From the NCBI GenBank assembly GCA_963700135.1, contig CAVOWM010000010.1, forward strand, positions 26,775 to 90,774: a stretch of DNA of 64,000 nucleotides, written 5' to 3'. Shown here one piece after another: positions 50,388 to 59,857 of the stretch (within the stretch, counting starts at the first letter, position 1; every line of letters starts with the position of its first letter). The translations under genes were made by a program, and so were the position numbers. The notes under the pieces were generated by a model. It ran no database searches and was not told the origin of the DNA. It saw only the letters and a program-made list of their open reading frames with translations. Origin of the DNA: an uncultured Acidimicrobiaceae bacterium. GTDB lineage: Bacteria > Actinomycetota > Acidimicrobiia > Acidimicrobiales > RAAP-2.

Positions 50388-50717
50388 GTGAGTGCGAGTG
50401 CCACCCTGGCAGTGATCGCGGAGCCGAATCGCCGACGCATCCTCGACGAGTTGCGGAGCGGCGAGCGCCCCGTGAACGTCCTCGTCGAGCGACTCGACCT
50501 GAGCCAACCATCGATTTCGAAGCACCTGCGCGTGCTGCGCGACGCCGGTCTGGTCGAGATGCGACCCGATGGTCAGCGTCGTCTCTACCGCGTCCGACCG
50601 GAGCCCCTCGTCGAGCTTGACGCGTGGCTCGAGCCGTATCGCGAGATGTGGCGGGCCAGCCTCGACCGGCTCGAACAGCACCTGTCGAACACGACACCGA
50701 GGAGGAAGTCCCCGTGA
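50388..50717 (+). CDS. ArsR/SmtB family transcriptional regulator
   Basis: IAEPNRRRILDEL...LSQPSISKHLRVLRDAGLV wHTH. Confidence 0.87.
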   Translation: MSASATLAVIAEPNRRRILDELRSGERPVNVLVERLDLSQPSISKHLRVLRDAGLVEMRPDGQRRLYRVRPEPLVELDAWLEPYREMWRASLDRLEQHLSNTTPRRKSP

Positions 50718-51217
50718 ATGAGGCCACCCTGCAAGCGACGGGACCGCGACCCGTACTCCGATTCGAACGGCATCTCCCCGAGTCGATCGACGTGGTGTGG
50801 AACGCGGTGACCGACCTCGACGAGATGCGCTCCTGGTTTCCAACCCGCATCGAGGTGGACGAATGGAAGGTCGGGGCGACGTTGACGCATCACTTCGACG
50901 AGCACGACGTGGGCCCACTGACCGGCACCGTCCTCGAATGGGATCCGCCACACCGGGTGCGTTTCACGTGGGACGTGGACACGATCACGTTCGAACTGAC
51001 GAGCGCCGACGACGGCGGGACGATATTCGTGCTGACCGAGGAACTGGTCGCGTCCCACGCCGCGCGCAACGCGGCCGGCTGGGAGATCTGCCTGGACCGT
51101 CTGCAATTCCACCACGAGACCGAGACCTGGAGCGCGCGATTCCACCACTACAGCGAACTGTTCGAGCCGGTCTTGGGGCCGCAAGACGGTCCGCCCAAGG
51201 AGTTCGACGTCTCGTAG
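50714..51217 (+). CDS. SRPBCC (AHSA1-like) protein
   Basis: VWNAVTDLDEMRSWFP motif. GTG at 50714 overlaps the arsR stop (GTGA). Confidence 0.82.
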   Translation: MNEATLQATGPRPVLRFERHLPESIDVVWNAVTDLDEMRSWFPTRIEVDEWKVGATLTHHFDEHDVGPLTGTVLEWDPPHRVRFTWDVDTITFELTSADDGGTIFVLTEELVASHAARNAAGWEICLDRLQFHHETETWSARFHHYSELFEPVLGPQDGPPKEFDVS

Positions 51218-51382
51218 GCGGTGGCATTCGACCACCTCGGCACGCGAGTTCGTCGAGCTATTGGCGCGTTGCGGCGTTTCCGAAGGCCGGATCCGCTGAG
51301 TGCGACGGCGCGTGGTCGCAGGTGCGTCTGAAGATGTTCAAGTACCTTGAAGGACGAGTGAGAGCGAGAGAGAGCGGTACCG

Positions 51383-51880
51383 ATGCACGGCTATGACGTG
51401 GAATCTTGGAGGACGTTCTTCCTCGCCATGATTGGCGCCGCCGCGACGCTCACCGGCCTCCTCTTCGTCTCAGTCTCGATCAACCTCGATCGCGTTTTGA
51501 GTGGCGGGACGTTTCTGCCGGCGCGCGCTCGAGAGACCCTTGCGAGTTTGGTTTTGATCGTGTCCTATTCGTCGTTGACGCTGGTGCCGCAGAGCAGGAC
51601 GCTCCTGGGCGCCGAGATCCTCGCCATGGCAATACCGTTGTTGGCCACCACGTTGTGGGATCAGATCAAATATATGAAGTCCAATCCGGAAGGACCGTTG
51701 CTCTGGTCGGTGTCGCGCATTTCGGCATCGGGAATGGGCATCGTCCCCGCCACGCTCGCCGGCGTGTCGCTCATCATTCGATGGGGAGGCGGTTTCTACC
51801 TCCTCGTTCCGGCGTCCCTCCTTGGCATATTCGGCGCGGTGTACAGCGCGTGGGTGCTTCTCGTCGAGATCGCTCGCTAG
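51383..51880 (+). CDS. hypothetical polytopic membrane protein
   Basis: 165 aa with 4-5 hydrophobic helices. No family recognised. Confidence 0.5.
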   Translation: MHGYDVESWRTFFLAMIGAAATLTGLLFVSVSINLDRVLSGGTFLPARARETLASLVLIVSYSSLTLVPQSRTLLGAEILAMAIPLLATTLWDQIKYMKSNPEGPLLWSVSRISASGMGIVPATLAGVSLIIRWGGGFYLLVPASLLGIFGAVYSAWVLLVEIAR

Positions 51881-52037
51881 TTAAGGAGCGAGTCGAATGC
51901 GCCGAACTCCGTCGTACATTCGTCGTCGTGAAGATAGAGCGCTCACCCGCGTCGGTAGTGCGCGAACCACCTCAGGTGCCGTCTCTCGGAGCGATTGCTT
52001 GGTAGGTTGCTCGTAGGAGCGAGCAGCGAGGTAGTAG

Positions 52038-52685
52038 GTGATATCAACGTCTTCCACGGGATTGATTGTGGGCACCTACGTCTCGGCGCTCGTGCTGCTG
52101 AGCGTGCTGGCCAGTGTTGGCAGCATCGTCACCTACATCATCATCGTGGTCGCCAATCGGGCCGAACCTGATCCGTCTGGTAATCGCACCAACGCCATCT
52201 ATCACGTCGGCACCGCGTTCATCGCGCTGTGGCTGGAGATCGCGGGGGTCATCACACTCTTCGTCACGTTGTTCAACCTCATCGGTGCCGGCAACACGCC
52301 GAATTTCTCGTCCGAGATCCACCCACTCGGAGACGCGACGATCCGGGGCGTCACCATCGGACTCCTTCTCTCGATTGTCGGGGGCCTGACCGCGCTGACG
52401 CACCGTGCGAAGGCGATCGAGTTGGCCAACAGTGATGGGAACGCGGCGAGCCCGTCGAATCGCGTGCTTCGTAGTTACGCCGCGGTCGTCAGCTTCATCA
52501 GCGTCATCGTCGTGGTCGTCGTGTCGCTCGCCATCCTCTGGGCGCTGCTCGGACTCATCGCACCGGGTGTCTATCAGACCGGTGGTCGAACGGGCGACCT
52601 CCGAACCTTGTTGGACGAGTTGACCGTGTTCGCGGTCTTCGCGTGGGTCTTCACGACCCACCGTCATCTAGTGGGAGCGCGCTAA
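52038..52685 (+). CDS. hypothetical polytopic membrane protein
   Basis: 215 aa with about 5 hydrophobic helices, GTG start. No family recognised. Confidence 0.5.
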   Translation: MISTSSTGLIVGTYVSALVLLSVLASVGSIVTYIIIVVANRAEPDPSGNRTNAIYHVGTAFIALWLEIAGVITLFVTLFNLIGAGNTPNFSSEIHPLGDATIRGVTIGLLLSIVGGLTALTHRAKAIELANSDGNAASPSNRVLRSYAAVVSFISVIVVVVVSLAILWALLGLIAPGVYQTGGRTGDLRTLLDELTVFAVFAWVFTTHRHLVGAR

Positions 52686-52727
52686 GGACGCACTGACGTC
52701 AGCACGTGTGGCGGGGTGTCGATCCCT

Positions 52728-55340
52728 CTAACGTCGCGCGAGCGCTGGCGCGTGGAGCTCGCGAAGCCAGGAGGCGACGTCGGCGCGCACGGCGGCGCCC
52801 GAAATGATGACGTCGACCATGATCATTGACGTGTGCGTCTGGCCCCGGCCCTCGACGTGGCGCGCCGACACACCCGCCGCCTCCAGCGCGCGCGCGTAGG
52901 CCACGCCTCCGTCGTGCAGGGGATCGAACTCCGCCGTGACGATCAACGCGGGCGGGAGCGCGTCGAGACGTCCCCGCAATGGCGCCGCGCGCGGATCGGC
53001 CCGTGACGCGGGGTCGACGTAGAGATCCGAGAACCACTGCATCACTGATCGCGTGAGCAGGTACCCCTCGGCGTTCTCGACGTACGAGGTTCGGTCGAAG
53101 TCGAAGTCGACGACGGGGCATAGCAACAGTTGACCGGCGATTGACACGTCGCCGACATCGCGCGCGTCTTGGCAGACGACCGCCGCGAGGTTGGCGCCGG
53201 CGCTCCAACCGGCGACGACGAGTTGACCCTCGATGCCCCCGAACTTGGCGATGTTCGACGCGGCCCAGCGCACTGCCGCGCACGCGTCGTCCACCGCCGC
53301 GGGGAACGGGTGCTCGGGCGCGTGCCGATAGTCGACGGACACGACGATGGCATCGGCGCGCACGCACAGGTCGCGACACAGCGGCGCGTCCGAGGTCGCG
53401 CTTCCGAGCACCCAGCCGCCACCGTGGAAGTACAGCACCACCGGGTGTGGACCCGCAGTCGCAGGACGGAGGAGCTGATAGGCGAGATCGCCGGCCGGGC
53501 TCGCGAAGACGCCGTTGACCACCTCGCCCACGTCAGGTCCCGGCGGCATGATCGAGGCACTGGCATCCCAGAGCGCCCGAGCGTCGCTCGGCGTCAAACT
53601 CTCCAGCGGTGGCAAGCCCATCGACGCCATGGTCTCGAGCATGATCGTCACGTCCAGTTGCAAGCGGCGGACTACCCCGTCGTTGCAGTGCTCGACGCCG
53701 TCTCCCGTCAATCGGAATCCCAGATAGTCCGACTCGACGACCTCGTCGCAGACCGCTCGGTAGCGATCGACCCCGGCGATGTAGGGGAGGAGCATCCGCG
53801 GTTTCCCGGGTACGTTCGCGCCCATGTACCACGAGTCCGCTTGAGGGAGCAAGGTGATCGCGCCGCAGTCGGCGACGTGTTGGTCCCATCCGGCTTGAGC
53901 CCGCGACGTCGGTTCGATCTCGGAGAACCCGTGGCGGTCGAGGAAGGTGACGCAGTCGACGATCCAGTCGACGTGCTGTTCGATGGACACCACCATGTTG
54001 GAGAGCACGGACGGGCTGCCGGGACCGGTGATCATGAAGAAGTTGGGGAAACCGACCGTCGTGAGACCGAGGTACGTCGACGGGCCGTCGGCCCATGTCT
54101 CTTTCAGGGTCGCCCCGTCTCGGCCCTCGACGTCCACGGCCACGATGGCGCCCGTCATCGCGTCGAAACCCGTGGCGTAGACGATGGCGTCGACGTCGAA
54201 TGACCGTTTCGACGTCGCGAGACCGTCCGCGGTGATCCGCTCGATTGGTTCTCTTCGCAGGTCGACGAGTTCGACGTTCGCCTGGTTGAAGGTCTCGTAG
54301 TAGTTGGTGTCCAAGCACGGGCGCTTCGTCCCGAAGGGATAGTCCCTGGGGCAGAGCGCCTCGGCGATCTCGGGATCGTTCACCTTCTCGCGGATCTTCT
54401 CGCGGATCATGTCGGCCACGATGGCGTTGGACGCGAGGTTCGTGCTCTGGTCGGCGAAGACGCTGAGGATCTCGAAGAGCTCACCTTTCTCCCACGCCGA
54501 CTCGAACCTGGCTCGAGCGACGTCCTCGCTCGCCGTGACTCCGGTCACGTCATTGGGTGGCATCGGCACACCCCCTCGCGACCAGCGCGCGGACTCGCGG
54601 TACGCGGCGCGGTCGCGCGCGAGTTCGGCCAATCGATGGGCGGGCGGCGGTCCGTTGTGCGCGGGAACCGAGAAGTTCGGGGTTCGCTGGAACACCGTCG
54701 TGTGAGCCGCTTGGGCGGCGATGATGGGAATTGACTGGATGGCGGACGAGCCGGTGCCGATGACGGCGACCCGCTTGCCCGTGAAGTCCACGCCGTCGTG
54801 GGGCCACGTGCTGGTGAAGTACACGTCGCCCGCGAAGTCGTCGGCACCCACGATCTCCGGTGCCTTCGGCATCGAAAGACACCCACTCGCCATCACGAAG
54901 AATCGACAGACGATCTCGTCATCGTGATCCGTCCGGACACGCCAGCGGCGTGTCGGCTCGTCCCACGTCGCGGCCTCGACCCGCGTCGAGAATTCGATGT
55001 CGCGTCGGAGGTCGTAGCGAGCGGCGACGAACTGCAGGTACCGCAGTATCTCAGGCTGCGTGGCGTACTTCTCGGACCAGGTCCACTCCTCGTCGAGGAC
55101 AGGATCGAAACTGAATGAGTAATCCGTGGTCGGCACGTCACATCGCGCGCCGGGGTAGCGATTCCAGTACCACGTACCGCCCACGTCATCGGCCACGTCA
55201 AACGCCAGGGCCGACAGTCCCGCCTCGCGACATCGGTGGAGCAGGTACAGACCCGCAAAGCCCGCTCCCACGATCGCGACGTCGACGTCACGCGCCCTTT
55301 TATCTCGAGTCGTCACGTCGCCCCACCTTCCAGTTCTCAT
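52728..55340 (-). CDS. fusion protein: type I Baeyer-Villiger (flavin) monooxygenase N-terminal ~545 aa plus HSL-family alpha/beta esterase C-terminal ~310 aa
   Basis: GAGFAG, DVGGTWYWNRYPG, FAGDVYFTSTWP, GTGSSA and ATGFD motifs, followed by HGGGW and GWSAG. One uninterrupted 870-aa frame. Confidence 0.85.
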   Translation of the reverse strand: MRTGRWGDVTTRDKRARDVDVAIVGAGFAGLYLLHRCREAGLSALAFDVADDVGGTWYWNRYPGARCDVPTTDYSFSFDPVLDEEWTWSEKYATQPEILRYLQFVAARYDLRRDIEFSTRVEAATWDEPTRRWRVRTDHDDEIVCRFFVMASGCLSMPKAPEIVGADDFAGDVYFTSTWPHDGVDFTGKRVAVIGTGSSAIQSIPIIAAQAAHTTVFQRTPNFSVPAHNGPPPAHRLAELARDRAAYRESARWSRGGVPMPPNDVTGVTASEDVARARFESAWEKGELFEILSVFADQSTNLASNAIVADMIREKIREKVNDPEIAEALCPRDYPFGTKRPCLDTNYYETFNQANVELVDLRREPIERITADGLATSKRSFDVDAIVYATGFDAMTGAIVAVDVEGRDGATLKETWADGPSTYLGLTTVGFPNFFMITGPGSPSVLSNMVVSIEQHVDWIVDCVTFLDRHGFSEIEPTSRAQAGWDQHVADCGAITLLPQADSWYMGANVPGKPRMLLPYIAGVDRYRAVCDEVVESDYLGFRLTGDGVEHCNDGVVRRLQLDVTIMLETMASMGLPPLESLTPSDARALWDASASIMPPGPDVGEVVNGVFASPAGDLAYQLLRPATAGPHPVVLYFHGGGWVLGSATSDAPLCRDLCVRADAIVVSVDYRHAPEHPFPAAVDDACAAVRWAASNIAKFGGIEGQLVVAGWSAGANLAAVVCQDARDVGDVSIAGQLLLCPVVDFDFDRTSYVENAEGYLLTRSVMQWFSDLYVDPASRADPRAAPLRGRLDALPPALIVTAEFDPLHDGGVAYARALEAAGVSARHVEGRGQTHTSMIMVDVIISGAAVRADVASWLRELHAPALARR

Positions 55341-55373
55341 CGAGCATCAGTCGGCGAAGCCTTGCCGTCGGCG

Positions 55374-55940
55374 TCATGTTCCGCGAAACAGTTCGACGAA
55401 TCGCTCGGCGGTTTCGGAGGGAGGAAGTTCAGCATCGGCCTCGCCCGATTGACTCACAATCCTCTCGAGATTGTCGAGACTGGTAATCATCGCCGGTCGC
55501 CAGAACTCACCGTCTTCGATGAACTTTCGGAGTTCCTCGGGCAATCGGGAGCCTTCGAAGAAGGTAGTGACGCGGGTTCTGTCGTCACTCAATGGTTCCA
55601 ACTGCCATCCCCACTCGCGAAGTCCAGGATGGCCGACCGATTGCTCGTAGTCGGGGTTCGCGTAGGAGAACACCACCGGCTCCCACGAGATCAGACGGTC
55701 CTGTTCGAACTCGCGCACGTGATTTGCCATTACGTAGTTCCCAAGGTGCCAGTGAACCATCTCGATGTTGAACACGTCGCCCACTTTGGAGACGCGACGG
55801 TTGTCGACGGCGGAACGCAACATTCCCGTTCCGTCGACTTGCGGGTGCATTGCGGGATCGGACAGGACCGAGAAGATTCGCGCCGCGGGAGCGTCGATGT
55901 CGCGGCTCTCTGAGACCGATGGCTGGATCATGGCCCACAC
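55374..55940 (-). CDS. SRPBCC/polyketide-cyclase-like protein
   Basis: SRDIDAPAARIFSVLSDPAMHPQVDG N-terminus. Lies 33 nt upstream of the BVMO-esterase gene on the same strand. Confidence 0.7.
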   Translation of the reverse strand: MWAMIQPSVSESRDIDAPAARIFSVLSDPAMHPQVDGTGMLRSAVDNRRVSKVGDVFNIEMVHWHLGNYVMANHVREFEQDRLISWEPVVFSYANPDYEQSVGHPGLREWGWQLEPLSDDRTRVTTFFEGSRLPEELRKFIEDGEFWRPAMITSLDNLERIVSQSGEADAELPPSETAERFVELFRGT

Positions 55941-56127
55941 TCCTTGCGATGATGATGATTTTGAACGAAAGTATCACCGGATTCGAAGGCGATCGTCCTG
56001 AGGCGACGCGGTCGACGGTCGGTGCCATCGACCGATTGGACGGAGATGGTCCTCACATTTGGGATTGAGGACCATCTCGTGTCGTCCAGCCCAACCATTC
56101 ACTCGCCGTGAGTGTCAGGCAAGGTCG

Positions 56128-56862
56128 TCAAAGACCGCGCCGACGCCGAAGGGCGAGAGCGAGGCCCGCGAGTCCGACGAACAGCACCATGGCCGCCCCG
56201 GTCAGGACGACACCATTGTCAGTTGAAATTGCCGATCCACCGGCACCGGCCGCCGGGGCACCCGAAGGTACGGTGGCGGGCGCCACGGTCGGCGGCGAGA
56301 CGATCACCGTCGTGTTGGTCGCTGGCGGGATCGACGTGGTCGTGGTACTCGTCGACGTCGAGGTGACGGACACCGTCGAGGTGGTCGTCGATGACCTATT
56401 GGGCGGCGGAGGAGGCGGCGATGTCGTCGTAGTTCCTTCTGTCGTCGTGGTGCGCGGTACGGTCGTGGACGTCGTCGAGGTAGTCGTGGTCGACGTCGTC
56501 GAGGTGCTGGTCGTGGTGCGCGGCACGGTCGTCGTCGTCGGTCGCACCGTCGTTGTCGTCGTCGGTGCCGTCGTCGTCGTCGTTGTCGTGTGATACGTGG
56601 TCGTCGTCTGGCAGCGACCCGTGAGCGTCGTGCCGCCACCGTGGTTCGTCGACGCATTCGACGCCAGCGCCGGCAGCGCGACGAGACTCAAGGTCACCAC
56701 CGTCACCACTACCAAGGCTGAGCGGAATCCCTTGATCAGCGCGGTGATTCTCGTACGCCACAACCCGACAAACTCGCGCAAGGTAACTGCTCGATCGTCA
56801 CTGCAAATAATGCGGACATTCGTTGCCATGATTGTGAATCCAATCCGCCCTTGCACAGTCAA
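56128..56862 (-). CDS. secreted Thr/Pro-rich protein with C-terminal hydrophobic anchor and Arg tail
   Basis: Signal-like N-terminus (VVVTVVTLSLVALPALA), poly-Thr core, PPPPPP, and C-terminal VVLTGAAMVLFVGLAGLALALRRRRGL. Confidence 0.65.
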   Translation of the reverse strand: MTVQGRIGFTIMATNVRIICSDDRAVTLREFVGLWRTRITALIKGFRSALVVVTVVTLSLVALPALASNASTNHGGGTTLTGRCQTTTTYHTTTTTTTAPTTTTTVRPTTTTVPRTTTSTSTTSTTTTSTTSTTVPRTTTTEGTTTTSPPPPPPNRSSTTTSTVSVTSTSTSTTTTSIPPATNTTVIVSPPTVAPATVPSGAPAAGAGGSAISTDNGVVLTGAAMVLFVGLAGLALALRRRRGL

Positions 56863-56993
56863 TCTAAGCGGGAGTTGTGCTGTTTGTGTCGCGTAGTTGA
56901 CACGGGATTGTGACGAGCGGTCGGGTCTGGGGAAGGGACTCTCTGGCGTACGTCAGTGAGTTGATTGCCACTCGCCAATGGCGAGGGACGGGG

Positions 56994-57623
56994 CTAGCGA
57001 CGCGGCTCGCCGGAGAGCCGACTCGTGACGGCTGCTCGGGCGCGGCCGATCACCGCCACGTCATCGTGAAGAACACTGACGATGTTCGTTCCGGCCAGGA
57101 TCACACCGAGTTCAAAGGCGAGTTGCTGTGGATCCGTTCCAACGGACAGCTCACCGCGATCGGCGGCCGTGTTCGCTTCACGTCCGAGCAAGTCTCGCCA
57201 CTGCTGTTGCACTCGAGCGACCTCGTCATGGACGCGTCCGGGGCGACCGCCAACCTCGGCGGACGCGGAGACGAAGAAGCACCCGCCCGGGAAGACGCGT
57301 CGCTCGACGTAGGAGAGATAGCCCTCGCAGAGGGCGAGCAGGCGCTGGCGCCCGGGCTCGGTCGTATTGAACGCCGGGGCGACGACCTCGATGAGGAAGC
57401 TGTCGCGCGCCGCGTTGATGGTCGCCAGTTGGAGTTCTTCCTTGGAGCCGAAGAGCGCGTAGACACTGCTTTTAGCGATGCCGGTCGCCTCAGCCAGCCG
57501 TCCGATCGAGATCCCTTCGATGCCTTCGATAGTGGCCAGCTGCGCTGCCTGTTCCACGACGCGGGCGCGGGCGCGCTCTCCCGGGGCCCGAGTCTGCTTC
57601 TTCGGGGTCTCCTCATCGGCCAT
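56994..57623 (-). CDS. TetR/AcrR family transcriptional regulator
   Basis: HTH IEGISIGRLAEATGIAKSSVYALF. Confidence 0.9.
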   Translation of the reverse strand: MADEETPKKQTRAPGERARARVVEQAAQLATIEGIEGISIGRLAEATGIAKSSVYALFGSKEELQLATINAARDSFLIEVVAPAFNTTEPGRQRLLALCEGYLSYVERRVFPGGCFFVSASAEVGGRPGRVHDEVARVQQQWRDLLGREANTAADRGELSVGTDPQQLAFELGVILAGTNIVSVLHDDVAVIGRARAAVTSRLSGEPRR

Positions 57624-57711
57624 CGGGACTCCTCACTTGACCAGCGCACTTGCATCTTAGACGGACGAGCGTTTAGAGTATCTTGTACGGTCGTACGTTT
57701 AAGGGGGTCAG

Positions 57712-58500
57712 ATGTCGACGAACACGGTGGACTGGCAAGAGGCCGGGCGAGGTTGGGGAGCGAGAGCAACTGAATGGGCCTACCTGTGGGAGCCGTACGC
57801 ACTTCCGGCGAACGAAGTGCTCTTCGATCGACTGGGAGTCGATGAGGGTATTCGTCTCTTGGACATCGCGTGCGGCTCCGGCTTCGCCGCCGCGGTGGCC
57901 GCGCGCCGCGGCGCGGAGGTCTCGGGGATCGACGCGTCAGAACAACTCACCGCGATCGCGGCAGCGCGCACACCGAGCGGGAGCTTTCGAGCTGGCAACA
58001 TGTTCGCGCTGCCCTACCCCGATGACAGTTTCGATCTCGCCACCAGTTTCAATGGGATCTGGAAGGGGTGCGAGGGTGCACTCGATGAGGCGAAGCGTGT
58101 ACTGGTCCCCGAGGGCCGTCTGGGTCTCACCTTTTGGGGCCGGTACGAACGGGTGGGACTCATGCCCTACTTCCTCAAAGTCATCGAGCTGTCGCCATCG
58201 AGCCACGCCAGTGCAACCATGGAACACGGCAGAACGCAGAATGTGATCGAGGACATGCTCACTGCAGCGGGACTTGAAGTCCTCGAGCGCGGGACCGTGA
58301 ACGTCGTCAACGAATGGCCCGATACGTCGACCGCCGTTCGCGCGTTGGCGTCAGCCGGGCCGTCGGTTCCGGCAATCGAATCGGTCGGCTACAACGCCTT
58401 CTGCGAAGCGCTCCGAGAGGTTGTCTCGCCACTCTGCGATCGAGATATCGGCGTCCGAATCACGTCGGAGTTCGCCTGGATCACCGCAAAGGCTCTTTGA
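57712..58500 (+). CDS. class I SAM-dependent methyltransferase
   Basis: Motif I LLDIACGSGF. Divergent from the TetR gene. Confidence 0.85.
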   Translation: MSTNTVDWQEAGRGWGARATEWAYLWEPYALPANEVLFDRLGVDEGIRLLDIACGSGFAAAVAARRGAEVSGIDASEQLTAIAAARTPSGSFRAGNMFALPYPDDSFDLATSFNGIWKGCEGALDEAKRVLVPEGRLGLTFWGRYERVGLMPYFLKVIELSPSSHASATMEHGRTQNVIEDMLTAAGLEVLERGTVNVVNEWPDTSTAVRALASAGPSVPAIESVGYNAFCEALREVVSPLCDRDIGVRITSEFAWITAKAL

Positions 58501-58564
58501 CGCCTCCAGACCAGTCACTCCGACGGGGATCGGGCGAAAGCGCTGTGCCGCCCATGGTCGAACC

Positions 58565-58642
58565 ATGGAAACGTGGAACTTTCGCTTCGCCGACGTTGTG
58601 GGCTCGACGGCAATGATTCCCGAGTCGCCCCATGGGGCATGA
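58565..58642 (+). pseudogene. possible 5' stub of a class III nucleotidyl cyclase gene
   Basis: METWNFRFADVVGSTAM resembles the F(T/A)D(I/V)VGST start of cyclase catalytic domains. The frame stops after 25 codons, where G+C drops. Confidence 0.25.
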
Positions 58643-58690
58643 TTCACTCGCCAGAGGAATAGAACTTGAGTACAAAGCATCTTTACGTGA

Positions 58691-59623
58691 TCAATCGAAC
58701 CTTTGACCCTGATCCTGCTGGATCAGTATCGGCAGTAGGGACGTCTTGAACTTCCCTCTCCCTTCGATCTGGAGTGGTACTTCAATTGCCCACGACCCGG
58801 GTGGAATTGCGTAGCCAAGGCTCCTCACGGATGAGGCCGTTCCAACAAGTAGTGGAATTGACACCGTACCGTCAGGTGGAATCCGGTACTTAATCAACGG
58901 CAGAGCCTGGGCACCAACGTATCCGCCGACCCCTCTATTCGTTTGAGGATCAACGACGCGTGCAGTGACCCCACCGTTCGTTTCGATGACCGCCTCAGCG
59001 CTCCCCCGGTTTTGAATTCGAAGCACGCCCCTTGCCGTTGCACCGGATGAAATGACAATGTCGCCTTCGAGGCTGACCTCGAACTCTTCACTGGGCAGCA
59101 GCGGCAACTGAGGACGTGCGCCAACCGCCGACCCCTTCTCCCGACGATCAACGTCAAGCACGGGCGGGTATGGAAACACTCCGACGCGGAGTTCGACGGC
59201 ATCTCCATGACGCCTATGAAAGGTCGCCGCTAGTCCTTCCTGATCCGCAGCAAGTTGGACGTTTACCCGTCCGTGGCCTATTCCCCATTGCATGAAAGCT
59301 TCTGGACGGTTCTTCGCCGTCGCTTTCAGTTCTCGCCGAATCTCTTCGAGTTGGGACTTTGGGAATGGCGTCCGTCGAACCTCGAGCTGATCGGGATGCT
59401 GCACAAGTTCACGAAGGGCCACCTCGTGCTCAGTGAGGCGGTCGCCCATCATCAAGACGATGAGGCGAATGTGGGGTTCGTTCTCGAAGAGTTCCTCGAC
59501 AAAATCGTCGGGGTGAAGCTCTCCATAACGGCGCACTGCCTCCACGTCAGAGCGGAACTTCCAGTGTTCGCGTTCAAGATCGGGATTGGGAGGCTGGGCC
59601 ATGAGTCCATTGTGCACTCTCAA
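58691..59623 (-). CDS. hypothetical protein (no signal peptide; beta-rich C-terminal half)
   Basis: 310-aa ORF. Alternative ATG at 59602 (MAQPPN). No family recognised. Confidence 0.55.
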   Translation of the reverse strand: MRVHNGLMAQPPNPDLEREHWKFRSDVEAVRRYGELHPDDFVEELFENEPHIRLIVLMMGDRLTEHEVALRELVQHPDQLEVRRTPFPKSQLEEIRRELKATAKNRPEAFMQWGIGHGRVNVQLAADQEGLAATFHRRHGDAVELRVGVFPYPPVLDVDRREKGSAVGARPQLPLLPSEEFEVSLEGDIVISSGATARGVLRIQNRGSAEAVIETNGGVTARVVDPQTNRGVGGYVGAQALPLIKYRIPPDGTVSIPLLVGTASSVRSLGYAIPPGSWAIEVPLQIEGRGKFKTSLLPILIQQDQGQRFD

Positions 59624-59670
59624 GAAGTTGCAGGGGATTGGTTCTCAGGATCCTGCATAGCGATGATTCT

Positions 59671-59698
59671 GGGCATACTGCGGGCATATAACGGGCAT
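59671..59698 (+). promoter_or_regulatory. GGGCAT direct repeats x3 with 11-bp phase (array A)
   Basis: GGGCAT at 59671, 59682 and 59693. The 18-mer GGGCATACTGCGGGCATA is identical to 61305-61322. Confidence 0.6.
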
Positions 59699-59726
59699 GA
59701 AGCAGGGGTAAAGGGCGGATGTTCGC

Positions 59727-59752
59727 GGTCACTGGTGGTCAGTCGTGGTCAC
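59727..59752 (+). promoter_or_regulatory. GGTCA(C/G) direct repeats x3 with 10-bp phase
   Basis: GGTCAC at 59727, GGTCAG at 59737, GGTCAC at 59747. Confidence 0.4.
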
Positions 59753-59857
59753 ACAAAAACACCTGTGAAGCGTGGGAAAAAAGTATCAACAGCTCAGCAA
59801 CATCAGTTAGTCGCGCTCACCGGGCTGCAAGAGGCTTGTCATGTTCGCACCAGATTG

